Of a stretch of DNA of 64,000 nucleotides, positions 10,056 to 19,831 are shown in pieces. Both the position numbers and the translations under genes were made by a program. The notes under the pieces are model-generated. The model saw only the letters and a list, made by a program, of their open reading frames with translations, was not told the origin of the DNA and did not search any database. This DNA comes from a virus (taxonomy: Duplodnaviria > Caudoviricetes), in IMG/VR virus record IMGVR_UViG_3300025000_000055. One strand, written 5' to 3'. Each line of letters starts with the position of its first letter. Position 1 is the stretch's first letter.

Positions 10056-10488
10056 AATGATAAATAGTATATATGATTGTAATACAATAGAAGAACTTGT
10101 GTTATATGGTAATTCTTTAGATATATCCCATAATAAGTTACATTTAAAAGCATCATTTTCAGATAGTTCTAATAATCTTATAATTTTTAACTATAGTTCT
10201 TTAGTTGAAAAATATAAATACTTTTTAGAAAAATATACTAAAAATATTGAATTCAGTGATATTGAGTATGAGAAATATAAATTTAAACCAAAAAGTTTAA
10301 GTGTTGATTTATATGGTACTACTGAACTATGGTCAGCTATTTTAAGAATGAATAATGTATTAAGTATTAGTCAATTTTCATTAAAAAAGATAAAATTATT
10401 TACAACTAATATATTATCTGTGTTAAATGAAATAATGATTCTTGAAGAAAATAATATAAAAGAAAATAAAAGTAATAATAGTATATAA
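10045..10488 (+). CDS. Baseplate wedge-like protein (T4 gp53/LysM-like)
   Basis: PKSLSVDLYGTTELWSAILRMN resembles the gp53 P..LS..LYG...LWW.IL..N motif. Confidence 0.6.
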   Translation: MIIKMINSIYDCNTIEELVLYGNSLDISHNKLHLKASFSDSSNNLIIFNYSSLVEKYKYFLEKYTKNIEFSDIEYEKYKFKPKSLSVDLYGTTELWSAILRMNNVLSISQFSLKKIKLFTTNILSVLNEIMILEENNIKENKSNNSI

Positions 10489-10501
10489 TAATTTTTTTAT
10501 T

Positions 10502-10511
10502 TATATATTAT
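10502..10511 (+). promoter_or_regulatory. Early-type promoter TATATATTAT
   Basis: Exact motif upstream of the AAGGAGG RBS of 10547. Confidence 0.6.
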
Positions 10512-10546
10512 AGATAAGGATTAATTATAAAAGGAGGATATAAATT

Positions 10547-11080
10547 ATGTTTAATTCTATTAAATCACCACAGGATATGATTAAACCATTAATTTGTAGA
10601 CCAATTGATGAAGAGTGGAAAAATAATCTTAAAGAAAGTGATCAATTTTGGTTCAGTGGTTTTGTAAGAAAAATAGAAGATATATTTTTACCTAATGAAA
10701 TAGTGAATATTAAAAAAATATTAATACTAAGAGATAAGCTATTGGAATTTGGTGGTGAAGAAGCATGTATGGTATTTTCAGAAGAAAATGTCGATAATAT
10801 ACTAAATAAAGGTGAATTTTGGTATGGAGATAAATGTCTTAAAATTAAAGGAGAAGATTCACGATGCCATAGTAACTCAGCATATTTATGGGAGACTAAT
10901 AAAGATAAAGTTGTTTTATGTACAGGGTATGCTTTATCAGAAGATGGAATGTGGAGGCAACATTCTTGGTGTATTGAAATTAAAAGTGGTATTATAATAG
11001 AAACTACTGTAAAAAGAATTGGTTATTTTGGTTTTATCTTTACTAATGAAGAGGCTGAAAAAATTTTATATAATTATTAA
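10547..11080 (+). CDS. Conserved hypothetical protein with possible Cys-His catalytic dyad
   Basis: RCHSNSA ... GYALSEDGMWRQHSW ... IETT. Confidence 0.7.
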   Translation: MFNSIKSPQDMIKPLICRPIDEEWKNNLKESDQFWFSGFVRKIEDIFLPNEIVNIKKILILRDKLLEFGGEEACMVFSEENVDNILNKGEFWYGDKCLKIKGEDSRCHSNSAYLWETNKDKVVLCTGYALSEDGMWRQHSWCIEIKSGIIIETTVKRIGYFGFIFTNEEAEKILYNY

Positions 11081-11109
11081 ATTTAGTTTTAGTATATAAA
11101 AACATTATA

Positions 11110-11121
11110 AATATATATTAT
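11110..11121 (+). promoter_or_regulatory. Early-type promoter AATATATATTAT
   Basis: Exact motif upstream of a three-paralog cluster. Confidence 0.65.
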
Positions 11122-11170
11122 TTAAATAGATACAAATAAATTTATATAGGGTTCTTATCATTCCCTACAC

Positions 11171-11746
11171 TTGGAGGTGTTCAATATGGATATTAAAAAT
11201 AAAAAATATTTCCCAATTATAGAAACTAAATCAGGTGCTATATGTTTATGGGAAAAGGGTGGTAGTTTAAGTGATGATATCGGTTCATCTCAAATTATTA
11301 CAGGTAAAAATTTTGAAAAACTTAATGCAAAGTTTATTAATAAAAACTCTAAAAGTTGTGGGAAGCACGCTCTTATACCAATAGAGGTTGGATGTTATAT
11401 ATTTGAAGGAATATATCACGCTCCTGACTACATTTTATTTGTATATAAAGTTACTAATACCAGTGGTATTCTTGCTGTTGGGGAATTATTTGGTAGTTGT
11501 ATATTAACAACTAATATGGATAAATCCCTTTTTAATTTATCAGATAATGAGAATTTCAATGCAGCTTTTGACGCTGCTTTAGACAAAGCTCAAGAAAAAA
11601 TGTGCAAAAAAGTATATTATGCTATACAGCCTATAAATAAAAAAGTTATTAATCACAAAGAAAATAAAAGGACTAATGATAAAAGTAAAATAGAACTAAT
11701 TGAAGGTGTTGTTGTAAAACAGTTCGGAGGATTTAAATGTGAATAA
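11171..11746 (+). CDS. Hypothetical protein, CLWE/HALIP family paralog 1
   Basis: CLWEKGG ... HALIPI. Confidence 0.75.
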   Translation: MEVFNMDIKNKKYFPIIETKSGAICLWEKGGSLSDDIGSSQIITGKNFEKLNAKFINKNSKSCGKHALIPIEVGCYIFEGIYHAPDYILFVYKVTNTSGILAVGELFGSCILTTNMDKSLFNLSDNENFNAAFDAALDKAQEKMCKKVYYAIQPINKKVINHKENKRTNDKSKIELIEGVVVKQFGGFKCE

Positions 11747-12221
11747 TATACTGAGTCATAAGAATTTTGATTTAACTTTATCTAATAAAAAAACACCATG
11801 TTTATGGGAATCTGGTGGTGTTTTTAATAACGATGGTTCAGCTACAATAATATGTGGTAAAAAATTTGAACAATTAAAAGCAGTTTATATTGTTCCCCAA
11901 TCAAAATCTACTATTTGTGGGAATCATGCTTTAATTCCTATAAAAATAGGGTGTCATATTATTGAAGTAACAAAGTCTTTTATTTTCATATATAAAATCA
12001 TTGGTATTTATATGAAATCTTCTGTTATAAAAACTTTATTGTTATATAACTTTGATTTAAACAATATCACTATTCAATATAGTAAGTTGTTAAAAAATGA
12101 TTTATTTAAAAGTGCTCAAAATTCAGCTATTAAAAAATCAAAGAGTTTATTTTGTGTAAAACCTTTTTATGTAATAAAACCAAAGAATAATAAAAGAAAG
12201 GGTTTAATATGTTATGAATAA
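11739..12221 (+). CDS. Hypothetical protein, CLWE/HALIP family paralog 2
   Basis: PCLWESGG ... HALIPI; overlaps previous stop. Confidence 0.75.
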   Translation: MNNILSHKNFDLTLSNKKTPCLWESGGVFNNDGSATIICGKKFEQLKAVYIVPQSKSTICGNHALIPIKIGCHIIEVTKSFIFIYKIIGIYMKSSVIKTLLLYNFDLNNITIQYSKLLKNDLFKSAQNSAIKKSKSLFCVKPFYVIKPKNNKRKGLICYE

Positions 12222-12711
12222 AAAAATAAATTTAACAATAGAAAATGAGCAAATACTTTTATATACTGTTATGAGTAAAAGCGGTTTGCCATGTTTATGG
12301 GAGTCAGGGATTTGCTACAATGATAGACTGGGTCATTCATTAATAGTAACTGATGAAAAATTTAAGAAAATTACTTCAATATCCATAAAAGATGATTTAA
12401 CTAAACAGGAGGAACATGCTCTTATTCCTGTATGTGAAGGATTCTTTATATTTACTGGTATTTTCCATAAACCAGAGGGTTATACTACTTATATATATAA
12501 GATTAGTGATATAAGTAGTTCGTTAATTCAAGCTGGTTTAGTTGGGTGTTCCATTTTAGCGACAAATATTAGTGGATTTTTAAGTAAAAATTATAAAAAT
12601 AAAGATTTTATTTCAGCTTATAATATAGTATCATATAAGGCTGAGGGTAAAAAGATTTTATATTGTTATCCTCCAAAAAATAAAAAGAAAGGAAAAATAA
12701 TAGTGAGTTAA
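12214..12711 (+). CDS. Hypothetical protein, CLWE/HALIP family paralog 3
   Basis: PCLWESG ... HALIPV; overlaps previous stop. Confidence 0.75.
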   Translation: MNKKINLTIENEQILLYTVMSKSGLPCLWESGICYNDRLGHSLIVTDEKFKKITSISIKDDLTKQEEHALIPVCEGFFIFTGIFHKPEGYTTYIYKISDISSSLIQAGLVGCSILATNISGFLSKNYKNKDFISAYNIVSYKAEGKKILYCYPPKNKKKGKIIVS

Positions 12712-12719
12712 TCTCACTA

Positions 12720-15133
12720 TTATTTTTTTTTATTTAATGCTGATGAAAAATCAAATAAATCTTCTTCCTTATCTTCTTTAATTACTTTTCTTTCTACTGC
12801 ATTTCTTTTACCTTTTTTATCTATATTTAAATCAACACCTTCAAAATCTGTTGATAGACTTTCTTCGGATAATGAATGATCTAAATGAACATCGTCAATA
12901 AGTCTAATTCTATTACCCATTTCAAATGGATGATTGAAATAAGATAATTCATAAGTATCCCTATATCTTATCTTAACTCTTTTAAATGTTAAGTAATAAT
13001 TATTATCATTATTTTTCTTTTTCTCTATATTGATAATACACGTCCAGTCTGAGTTTTCTACGATTTCCCCTTTTAATTCACATAGATCGTTAATCTATGC
13101 AGTTCTCTTATGAACTTCCTTAGTTTTCACTAAGATAATAGACTATATCTTCATCCATTATATAATCAGTATAATGGAGTTTCCTATTTCGATTTAAAGG
13201 ATTCTCACCCACCTACATAGGCCCTACTCCTGTTGTGTATTTCAACACCAATGGGATAGTCGTTGAACCTTTCTCATAATAATATATATGAGACTTGGCT
13301 GCGGATTACTCAATCCTAAAACCTTGTTACTATACCTTGGTTGATTAGTCCAAGCCATTATATTATTACTAATATAATTTAGTAGTTTTAGGCTCTAAGA
13401 GCTTCCCCGACAATTAAAGAAATAATAACATAATATTACTATTATGAAGCCCTATTTATTAAGGCAGAGCCCACATTACCACGTCCAAGAAATCTCGCTA
13501 AATCCTCTTTGTTAGCCATTAAAGCTGAATCTACACTTATTGCACCAGACCTATTTAATTGATGGGCTGTGATTACAGGTATATCTTTATCGACGGCTAA
13601 ATTCTTTAATTCATTAGTTATATTTTTTAATTCTTCTTTTTCATCTTTAGCTCTTTCATAAGGTCTAATTCTTTTAATATAATCTAAAATCAAAGATATT
13701 ACTTCTTTACCATCATCAGATAATTCATCTATTATTGTATATAAATCAGCTGTTGATATTTCTCTATTAGAATAATATTTAATAATAATATCAATATCAT
13801 TACTATCTGATAAAACTAATTCTCCATCTTCTTTTAATTTTTTTATTACTTGTTTAGCTGTAAAACTTCTAATATTGTCTGAAGTTACAGTCATATTAAA
13901 TAATCTTTCAACACTTTCTTGACGTTATATTCACATAGGTCGTTAATCTATGCAGTTCTCTTATGAACTTCCCTAACTTTCATTAGGATACTAGACTATA
14001 TCTTCTTTCTTTTTAGAAAGTCTCTCCATTTCGATTTAAGGGAATTTCACCCACCTACTTAGGCCCTACTCCTATTGATCATTTCAGATCCAAAGGGATA
14101 GTCGTTGAACTTTATTCCTTATTATATAAGGAATCTTAGCTGCGGATCACTCAATCTCTTACCTTGTTACCATACCTAAGGAATTACCCTTCGCCACTTA
14201 ATATAATAATATACTAAGTTTGGTAGTAAGAACTCTAAGAGTTTTCCCGACAATTAAAAAAGAACCGGCCAATAATCTAACCGTGTTTTCCATTGTTAGT
14301 AATAATACGCAGGGTTTTTTACCAGGTTTTTTAACTTTCATACCTTTGTTATATTTCTTTATATCTATTGCTGTTTTTAAAAGAATTCCAGATTTAAATC
14401 CAGCGGGTAAACCTAAATATGTATAAAGGCATGTACTCATATAGCCTGGAGATAATATATGATTTAATTTTTGTATACCTGTTTTTAATATACGTGCAGG
14501 ATCTTTTAACTCATTAACTATATCTGTTACGACATCTTCAAATACACCTTCTTCTAAACTAAAAGTCTGTGTATTATCAACAGTTGAAACTTTTCTACTA
14601 TGATTTAATATTTTACTGCATATATCAATTAAGTCTTCATTTATTTCCTGAAAACTATTATATGAACCACTATCAAGACGTTCAATACTTTCATATAATC
14701 TATCCTTATAATTAAATAAATATGCATATTTAAGTCTATCAACAATAGCTTTATTAATATATTTAATCTCTTCATAATTTATCTTCTTATATATGAGTAA
14801 AGATTTTATAATCTCTTCTATTTCTTTGTTGAAAGTATCAGTTCTACAATAATTAATTATCGCATCTTCGTTCTCAAAACCTCTATCTAAACGAGCTTCT
14901 AAAGCTCTTTTAATAAAATAAATTCTCGATTCTATCTTTTCATTTCCTTCATATATTCTTTCATCTATAATTTCAAATAAATTCTTTAAATTATTTAAAG
15001 ATTTTCTTGATACTTGTGAAGAATTTTTAAATAAAAAACCTATCAACATATTTAACATACTAATATCAAATTTTAAGCTTATTTTTTTTACTTCATTCTC
15101 AACCACCTTAAATAATTTTTTTCTACTTACCAT
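12720..15133 (-). CDS. dnaB: DnaB-like replicative helicase, spliced: exons 15133-14280, 13922-13462, 13069-12720 (554 aa)
   Basis: Walker A GLPAGFKS; removing two introns restores TMENTV-QESVERLF and GNVGSA-WEIVENSDW; IIIKYY region, PVITAHQLNR. Exon lengths 854+461+350=1665 nt, in frame. Confidence 0.85.
13070..13461 (-). ncRNA. Group I intron (ORF-less, 392 nt), helicase intron 2
   Basis: Core elements AATTGTCGGGGAA (P), AATCCGCAGC (Q), GTTCAACGACTA (R), AAGATATAGTCT (S); P1 GCCU/GGGC with U.G; ends in omega-G. Confidence 0.9.
13923..14279 (-). ncRNA. Group I intron (ORF-less, 357 nt), helicase intron 1
   Basis: Same P/Q/R/S elements; P1 CGGU/GCCG; 3' end CCTATGTGAATATAACG; splicing restores the frame. 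Confidence 0.9.
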
Positions 15134-16334
15134 TAAAAGATGTCCTCCTCTGTATCTGTTGATATAAATAGTATCTAATTTTATCTACTGTAATGTCTTT
15201 ATTATATTTTATTTTTATAAAATTAGAAATCTTTTCTTCTGGACATATATTCTTATTAAATATAAATCCATATTTCTCTAATAATAAATTTATCTTTTCT
15301 TCAGTTTCTTTTTTTTGTCTCAATTTACTATTATTATTAATAATAACTTTTACATTTGAATACTTATTAAATACTTCATTTATCATATTAGTAAATAATA
15401 AAGTATTATGAAAATCTTCTGGAATATTTATTATTAGTCTAATATAATCTATTATTAAACTATCAACTAATTGTATTAGATAATCTATTTGTTCTTTTTC
15501 ACTGTTATTAAAGAAAGATTTATTGTTATAATCTATAGTGATAGTATCATATCTTTTAGCTAAATTATTAATTATGAATTCAGTATTAAAACTTTTACTA
15601 ATAGGTGAATAAGAGAATAAATAAAATCCTTTATCATTTTCTTCTCCAAAACACCATCTAGAGAAAGAACCTGTATAAAATATACGTTCCTTTATTATTT
15701 GTGATTCATGTATATGACCAAACATTATTAATCCATCCGTTATATTTAATAAAGTATCTGAATTAAATATAGGAGCTTTACTCATTGTCATTTCACTTTC
15801 TTGTTTATTAGCAACAAAAACAACTTCACCAAATAAACCATGACCAAATATCATATCATATTTAGACTCAAAATATTCTTTATAATAGTCATCTTTATTT
15901 TCAACATATTCTTCGGGTAAATATAATACTTTTAAATCATCAAATAATAATTCACTTTCAACAGTGTAAATTATTTTAAAATCATATTTATTATTTTTGG
16001 TATATATTTCTAATATTTCTAATTGTTTATTATCATGAGACTCAGTTCCTTTTATTAGTCTAACCTTAATATTTTTTTTATAAGCAATTTCCAATAATCT
16101 AAAAATAAATTGTAAAGAATATTTGGCATGATCTGAATTCATTGAAATCTTAGTATTAAAAAAATCTCCTACTATAACTATAAAATCTATTACTTTTAAT
16201 TTTTCGATATAGTTTAAATATCCTTTTTGTAATTGATAGTATAAGTCTTTTGATTTAATGGATGAACCAAAATGAATATCACCTATAGAAATTCCAACAT
16301 AAACCTTATTACTCAAGTATATTCCCCCATTCAT
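15123..16334 (-). CDS. sbcD: SbcD/Mre11-like metallophosphoesterase nuclease (true start probably TTG near 16316)
   Basis: GDIHFG, VGDFF, GTESHD, GHG, GHIH, YTGSFSRW. Confidence 0.8.
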   Translation of the reverse strand: MNGGIYLSNKVYVGISIGDIHFGSSIKSKDLYYQLQKGYLNYIEKLKVIDFIVIVGDFFNTKISMNSDHAKYSLQFIFRLLEIAYKKNIKVRLIKGTESHDNKQLEILEIYTKNNKYDFKIIYTVESELLFDDLKVLYLPEEYVENKDDYYKEYFESKYDMIFGHGLFGEVVFVANKQESEMTMSKAPIFNSDTLLNITDGLIMFGHIHESQIIKERIFYTGSFSRWCFGEENDKGFYLFSYSPISKSFNTEFIINNLAKRYDTITIDYNNKSFFNNSEKEQIDYLIQLVDSLIIDYIRLIINIPEDFHNTLLFTNMINEVFNKYSNVKVIINNNSKLRQKKETEEKINLLLEKYGFIFNKNICPEEKISNFIKIKYNKDITVDKIRYYLYQQIQRRTSFNGK

Positions 16335-16986
16335 CAGTACAATTTAATTCATACCATGAATGAAATAAGGTTAATAAATGTTTAAAAACCTTTATATAAT
16401 TATTTAGTTTCCTTCTTGTAAAAATCCTTTCCTTATATCCAGAATTATTAATAATTAAAATACCTGCTTTTTCAACTTTTAATCCTTTTTCTTCAATTAA
16501 CATACAATAACCAGCTAATTGTAAAAACATTGTTGAATAAAAATTTTTAGATGTTTTAAAATCCAATATTGTTAATTTATTATCTATTTTACCATAAAAA
16601 TCTATAGTTCCTCCAAATTTATCTGATACTAAAGATTCTTCTAAATATATCGGTTTTATTGTATGTAAATCCTTCCATATATTAAACGCCTTAATATGTA
16701 AAAAATTAGGATTTAGTATATGATATAAATTACTATATTTTTTATTAATTAGATCTTTATCAATTGGTTGATTAGATAGAATACAATTAATAATATAGTG
16801 AACTAAGGTACCAATATCTGAATATTCTTGTATAACTAATTCATAACTTTGTCTTTTAAATCCTAGATGATTAACCCACTTTAATAACTTAGGTTTATTT
16901 AATAATTGTAATATAGTGGTAACACTAGGGACTTCTTCATTTTTATCATTTACATAAATAGTATGATTCTTATTATATTTACCCAT
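16309..16986 (-). CDS. PD-(D/E)XK exonuclease
   Basis: PSVTTIL, GTIDFYG, DFKTS, QLAGY. Confidence 0.85.
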   Translation of the reverse strand: MGKYNKNHTIYVNDKNEEVPSVTTILQLLNKPKLLKWVNHLGFKRQSYELVIQEYSDIGTLVHYIINCILSNQPIDKDLINKKYSNLYHILNPNFLHIKAFNIWKDLHTIKPIYLEESLVSDKFGGTIDFYGKIDNKLTILDFKTSKNFYSTMFLQLAGYCMLIEEKGLKVEKAGILIINNSGYKERIFTRRKLNNYIKVFKHLLTLFHSWYELNCTDEWGNILE

Positions 16987-17064
16987 ATTTTAAATTATCC
17001 TTTCTAATAAATTTTCTTTATTTAATAGTTGACTGAAAAATAATTTATGAAAAACGTATTATAA

Positions 17065-17076
17065 AACATACTAATA
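17065..17076 (+). promoter_or_regulatory. Late-type promoter AACA-N6-TA
   Basis: AACA-TACTAA-TA upstream of 17095. Confidence 0.6.
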
Positions 17077-17094
17077 AATACAAACAAAAAGGAA

Positions 17095-18051
17095 GTGAAT
17101 TATATTGTGGCTTTCAAATCATTAGAAGATACTTTTATTTATAAAAATTTAAATAAAGGTGATATTATATCAACTAATATAAGTAAAATATTTAAAGAAG
17201 GTATAATACTTGAACAAAAAAATCTAGAAGAAGCCTTTATCATTATTAATAAAAATTTTAAATTCCCTCTAAAATATAAAGTAATAGAAGATTTTCAAAA
17301 AGGTGGATTAATTTTAATGTATTCACCTGATCATGTTAAATTACCTACATCGTTGCCATTTTTTTTAACACGAAATTCTAAGGATGAAATAATTACAATA
17401 ATATTGGTTGATTTATATGGGAGTATGAATAAAGAGACTAGAAATATTAATATAGATGTTAAAAAATTATATTGTATTATGGAATCTGCTTATGTAGCTA
17501 AATTATGTTTTTTAAATGCTAATACAATTAATGTGTCTAGTACTGTAATGACTTATGGTTCTATAATATATGCAAATATGTTTACTAGAGTTTTAAATAA
17601 AAAATATGCATTGAATGTAGATAGAAATAAATTTAATAAAATTATTTTCTTATCCAGTAAATTCTTTTTAATAAATATATTGAATAAAACTGATAATGAT
17701 ATGATTTTCAATTATTGTTTAAAGAATTGTGTTGAAGGTAATAAATTTATTCTTAGTGAAGTTAATGATATTTTTAAAATTGAAGATTTTAATGATTTAT
17801 CCACATTTATTAATGGGATAATTAGAACAGAGCTAGGGATGAATTTTAAAGATTTATCTGTTAGAAATTATCTTGAATCATTCATTAATATGTATGATGG
17901 TTCAGCTTTATTAGCATTGGAGTCATTTCCTTATTTTATGTATAATATATTGGCTGTAATTACTGGTGCTTATTTAAACAATCAATATATTTTAGAAGAT
18001 ATTGTACAAACTAATGGAACTAAATTATATCAATATTTTTTAAATTTATAA
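17095..18051 (+). CDS. Hypothetical protein, probably virion structural
   Basis: 318-aa ORF after a late-type promoter in a structural cluster. Confidence 0.65.
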   Translation: MNYIVAFKSLEDTFIYKNLNKGDIISTNISKIFKEGIILEQKNLEEAFIIINKNFKFPLKYKVIEDFQKGGLILMYSPDHVKLPTSLPFFLTRNSKDEIITIILVDLYGSMNKETRNINIDVKKLYCIMESAYVAKLCFLNANTINVSSTVMTYGSIIYANMFTRVLNKKYALNVDRNKFNKIIFLSSKFFLINILNKTDNDMIFNYCLKNCVEGNKFILSEVNDIFKIEDFNDLSTFINGIIRTELGMNFKDLSVRNYLESFINMYDGSALLALESFPYFMYNILAVITGAYLNNQYILEDIVQTNGTKLYQYFLNL

Positions 18052-18114
18052 AAAATTATTATTTATTAATAAATAATAATTTAATACATCGAATTATAAA
18101 GAGGTGAAAAAAAT

Positions 18115-18438
18115 ATGAGTTATTTAATACGACAACGTAAAGTTACTATGGTTAATTGGGAGAGTATTGATCCTATATTAGCTAAAGGTGAAATTGGTAT
18201 TGAAATTAGCTCTGATAATATTATTAAAATTAAGGTTGGTAATGGTGTTGCTAAATGGAGTGAGCTTAACTATATATTTAACTCAGAAGATATATCTTTA
18301 ATTTATAGTAGTATTAACACTTTAACTACAAATTTAAATAATTTATCAATAGATGTGACTGATACAGTAACAGAAGAAAAGTATCAATGGGGTATGGAAA
18401 ATGGTGTAATATTTTTAGAAAAGGTGGTGGAACCATAA
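18115..18438 (+). CDS. Tail-associated protein with Mtd_N/hyaluronidase-N-like domain
   Basis: W..IDPILAKGEIGIE ... KIKVGNGVAKWSELNY. Confidence 0.7.
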   Translation: MSYLIRQRKVTMVNWESIDPILAKGEIGIEISSDNIIKIKVGNGVAKWSELNYIFNSEDISLIYSSINTLTTNLNNLSIDVTDTVTEEKYQWGMENGVIFLEKVVEP

Positions 18439-18439
18439 T

Positions 18440-19399
18440 ATGAGTGATAGAATTTTTTTAGGTTCAATAATAGATGTTGATAATTCATATTATAAATCCG
18501 TTATGAAGTTAGCTTTAATTACTAAAAAAGAAAGTTATCATCCATATGGAGGAATTATTAATAGTTTGGCTCAAGATACAGATTTTATTTATGTGGGTGG
18601 TGTCACTCTTAACACAATAATAAAACTAAATAAATCTGATTTATCAGAAGTGGCAAGAAGTATTGTTTATGGTGGTGCTATTAAAAAAATAATAGTTGAT
18701 GATTTATTTGTTTATGCTGCTGAAGCTAACGCAATAATAAAACTAAATAAATCTGATTTATCAGAAGTAACACAAACTTTAAAAGGCACTTGTGAGACTT
18801 TAACTCAGGATGCATTATATATTTATATAGCTTCTTATAATGGTGTTAATAATAAAGTACGAAAACTAAATAAATCTGATTTAATAGAAGTAGGGGAAAG
18901 TCTTGACTATGGTAATACTATTAAAGCTATACATCAAGATGAAAATTATATTTATATTGCAGGAGATGTACCTGGAAAAGTGAAAAAACTAAATAAATCT
19001 GATTTAATAGAAGTAGTAGCAGAATATCCTGGCTATGGTAATACTATTTATGATTTATTAATAGATATAGACTATATCTATACAGTTGACAATAGTGGAA
19101 TATTAAGAAAAATGCTTAAAACAAATTTGTCTGTTGTGGAACAAATTCAAACTTATGAAACTGTGTTATTTTCTATAGTGGGAAATGGAGATTACCTCTA
19201 TATTGCAGGAAATAGTGGAAAAATACTAAAAATACTTAAATCAAATTTATTGATAGTAGCAGAAGGATGTAGTAGTATTGATAATGCTATTTATTCTTTA
19301 ATAGAAGATGGTGATTATATCTATTCAGGTGGTGTTTCTCAAAAAGTTTATAATTTAGAAAATCTGTACCAATTATTAGGATACAAAAAAATTCAATAA
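18440..19399 (+). CDS. Beta-propeller repeat protein, possible receptor-binding protein
   Basis: About 7 repeats of roughly 40 aa, D..YIY.AG...KIIKLNKSDL.EV. Confidence 0.7.
   Translation: MSDRIFLGSIIDVDNSYYKSVMKLALITKKESYHPYGGIINSLAQDTDFIYVGGVTLNTIIKLNKSDLSEVARSIVYGGAIKKIIVDDLFVYAAEANAIIKLNKSDLSEVTQTLKGTCETLTQDALYIYIASYNGVNNKVRKLNKSDLIEVGESLDYGNTIKAIHQDENYIYIAGDVPGKVKKLNKSDLIEVVAEYPGYGNTIYDLLIDIDYIYTVDNSGILRKMLKTNLSVVEQIQTYETVLFSIVGNGDYLYIAGNSGKILKILKSNLLIVAEGCSSIDNAIYSLIEDGDYIYSGGVSQKVYNLENLYQLLGYKKIQ
18615..19016 (+). repeat. Intragenic direct repeats encoding propeller blades
   Basis: Exact 37-bp pair (18615, 18732) and exact 32-bp pair (18862, 18985); all share AAAACTAAATAAATCTGATTTA; spacings within pairs are multiples of 3. 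Confidence 0.85.
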
Positions 19400-19417
19400 A
19401 ATTTAATTTTAAATTTT

Positions 19418-19467
19418 ATTATTATAACAAGTTTTAAAGAATATTCTTTAAAACTTGTTATAATAAT
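19418..19467. terminator. 50-bp perfect palindrome
   Basis: ATTATTATAACAAGTTTTAAAGAAT|ATTCTTTAAAACTTGTTATAATAAT after the stop of 19399. Confidence 0.65.
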
Positions 19468-19504
19468 CTTTTCAAACAAATAAATAAAAATATTTAAAAA
19501 ATAA

Positions 19505-19516
19505 AACAAGTATATA
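19505..19516 (+). promoter_or_regulatory. Late-type promoter AACA-N6-TA
   Basis: AACA-AGTATA-TA upstream of the endolysin operon. Confidence 0.6.
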
Positions 19517-19544
19517 AAACCTTTTAATAGAGAGGTGATGAAAT

Positions 19545-19814
19545 ATGCCAGAACCAGTTCAAATATCTGCAATTCAACGTGTAAAATTACCTGATGGAAA
19601 TTATGCTATAGTTTATCCAATTAATACAGTTGATGATGTTTTTTTAAATACTGATAGAAAAGTTAGTTTAAATCAAGCATTAGATATAAAAAAAACTGTA
19701 ATAGATTGTGGAACAAGTGTAGTAACAGATGTTAATAATGAGGAGGATGGTGGAAATGCAGATTCTATTTATTCGATGCATTTTACCATAGATGGTGGGA
19801 GTTCCTTATTCTAA
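19545..19814 (+). CDS. Hypothetical protein, possibly tail-fibre associated
   Basis: GAGGTG RBS; DGG repeats (IDCG, EDGG, IDGG). Confidence 0.6.
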   Translation: MPEPVQISAIQRVKLPDGNYAIVYPINTVDDVFLNTDRKVSLNQALDIKKTVIDCGTSVVTDVNNEEDGGNADSIYSMHFTIDGGSSLF

Positions 19815-19831
19815 AAAAGGAGGTTGTTAAT

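Noticed and set aside
18615-19016. 32-37 bp direct repeats that look CRISPR-like
   Set aside because: They lie inside an ORF with spacers of about 80-90 bp and encode repeated propeller blades; no cas genes nearby.
18115-19399. Diversity-generating retroelement suggested by the Mtd_N-like domain
   Set aside because: No reverse transcriptase and no TR/VR pair with adenine-specific mismatches in the window.
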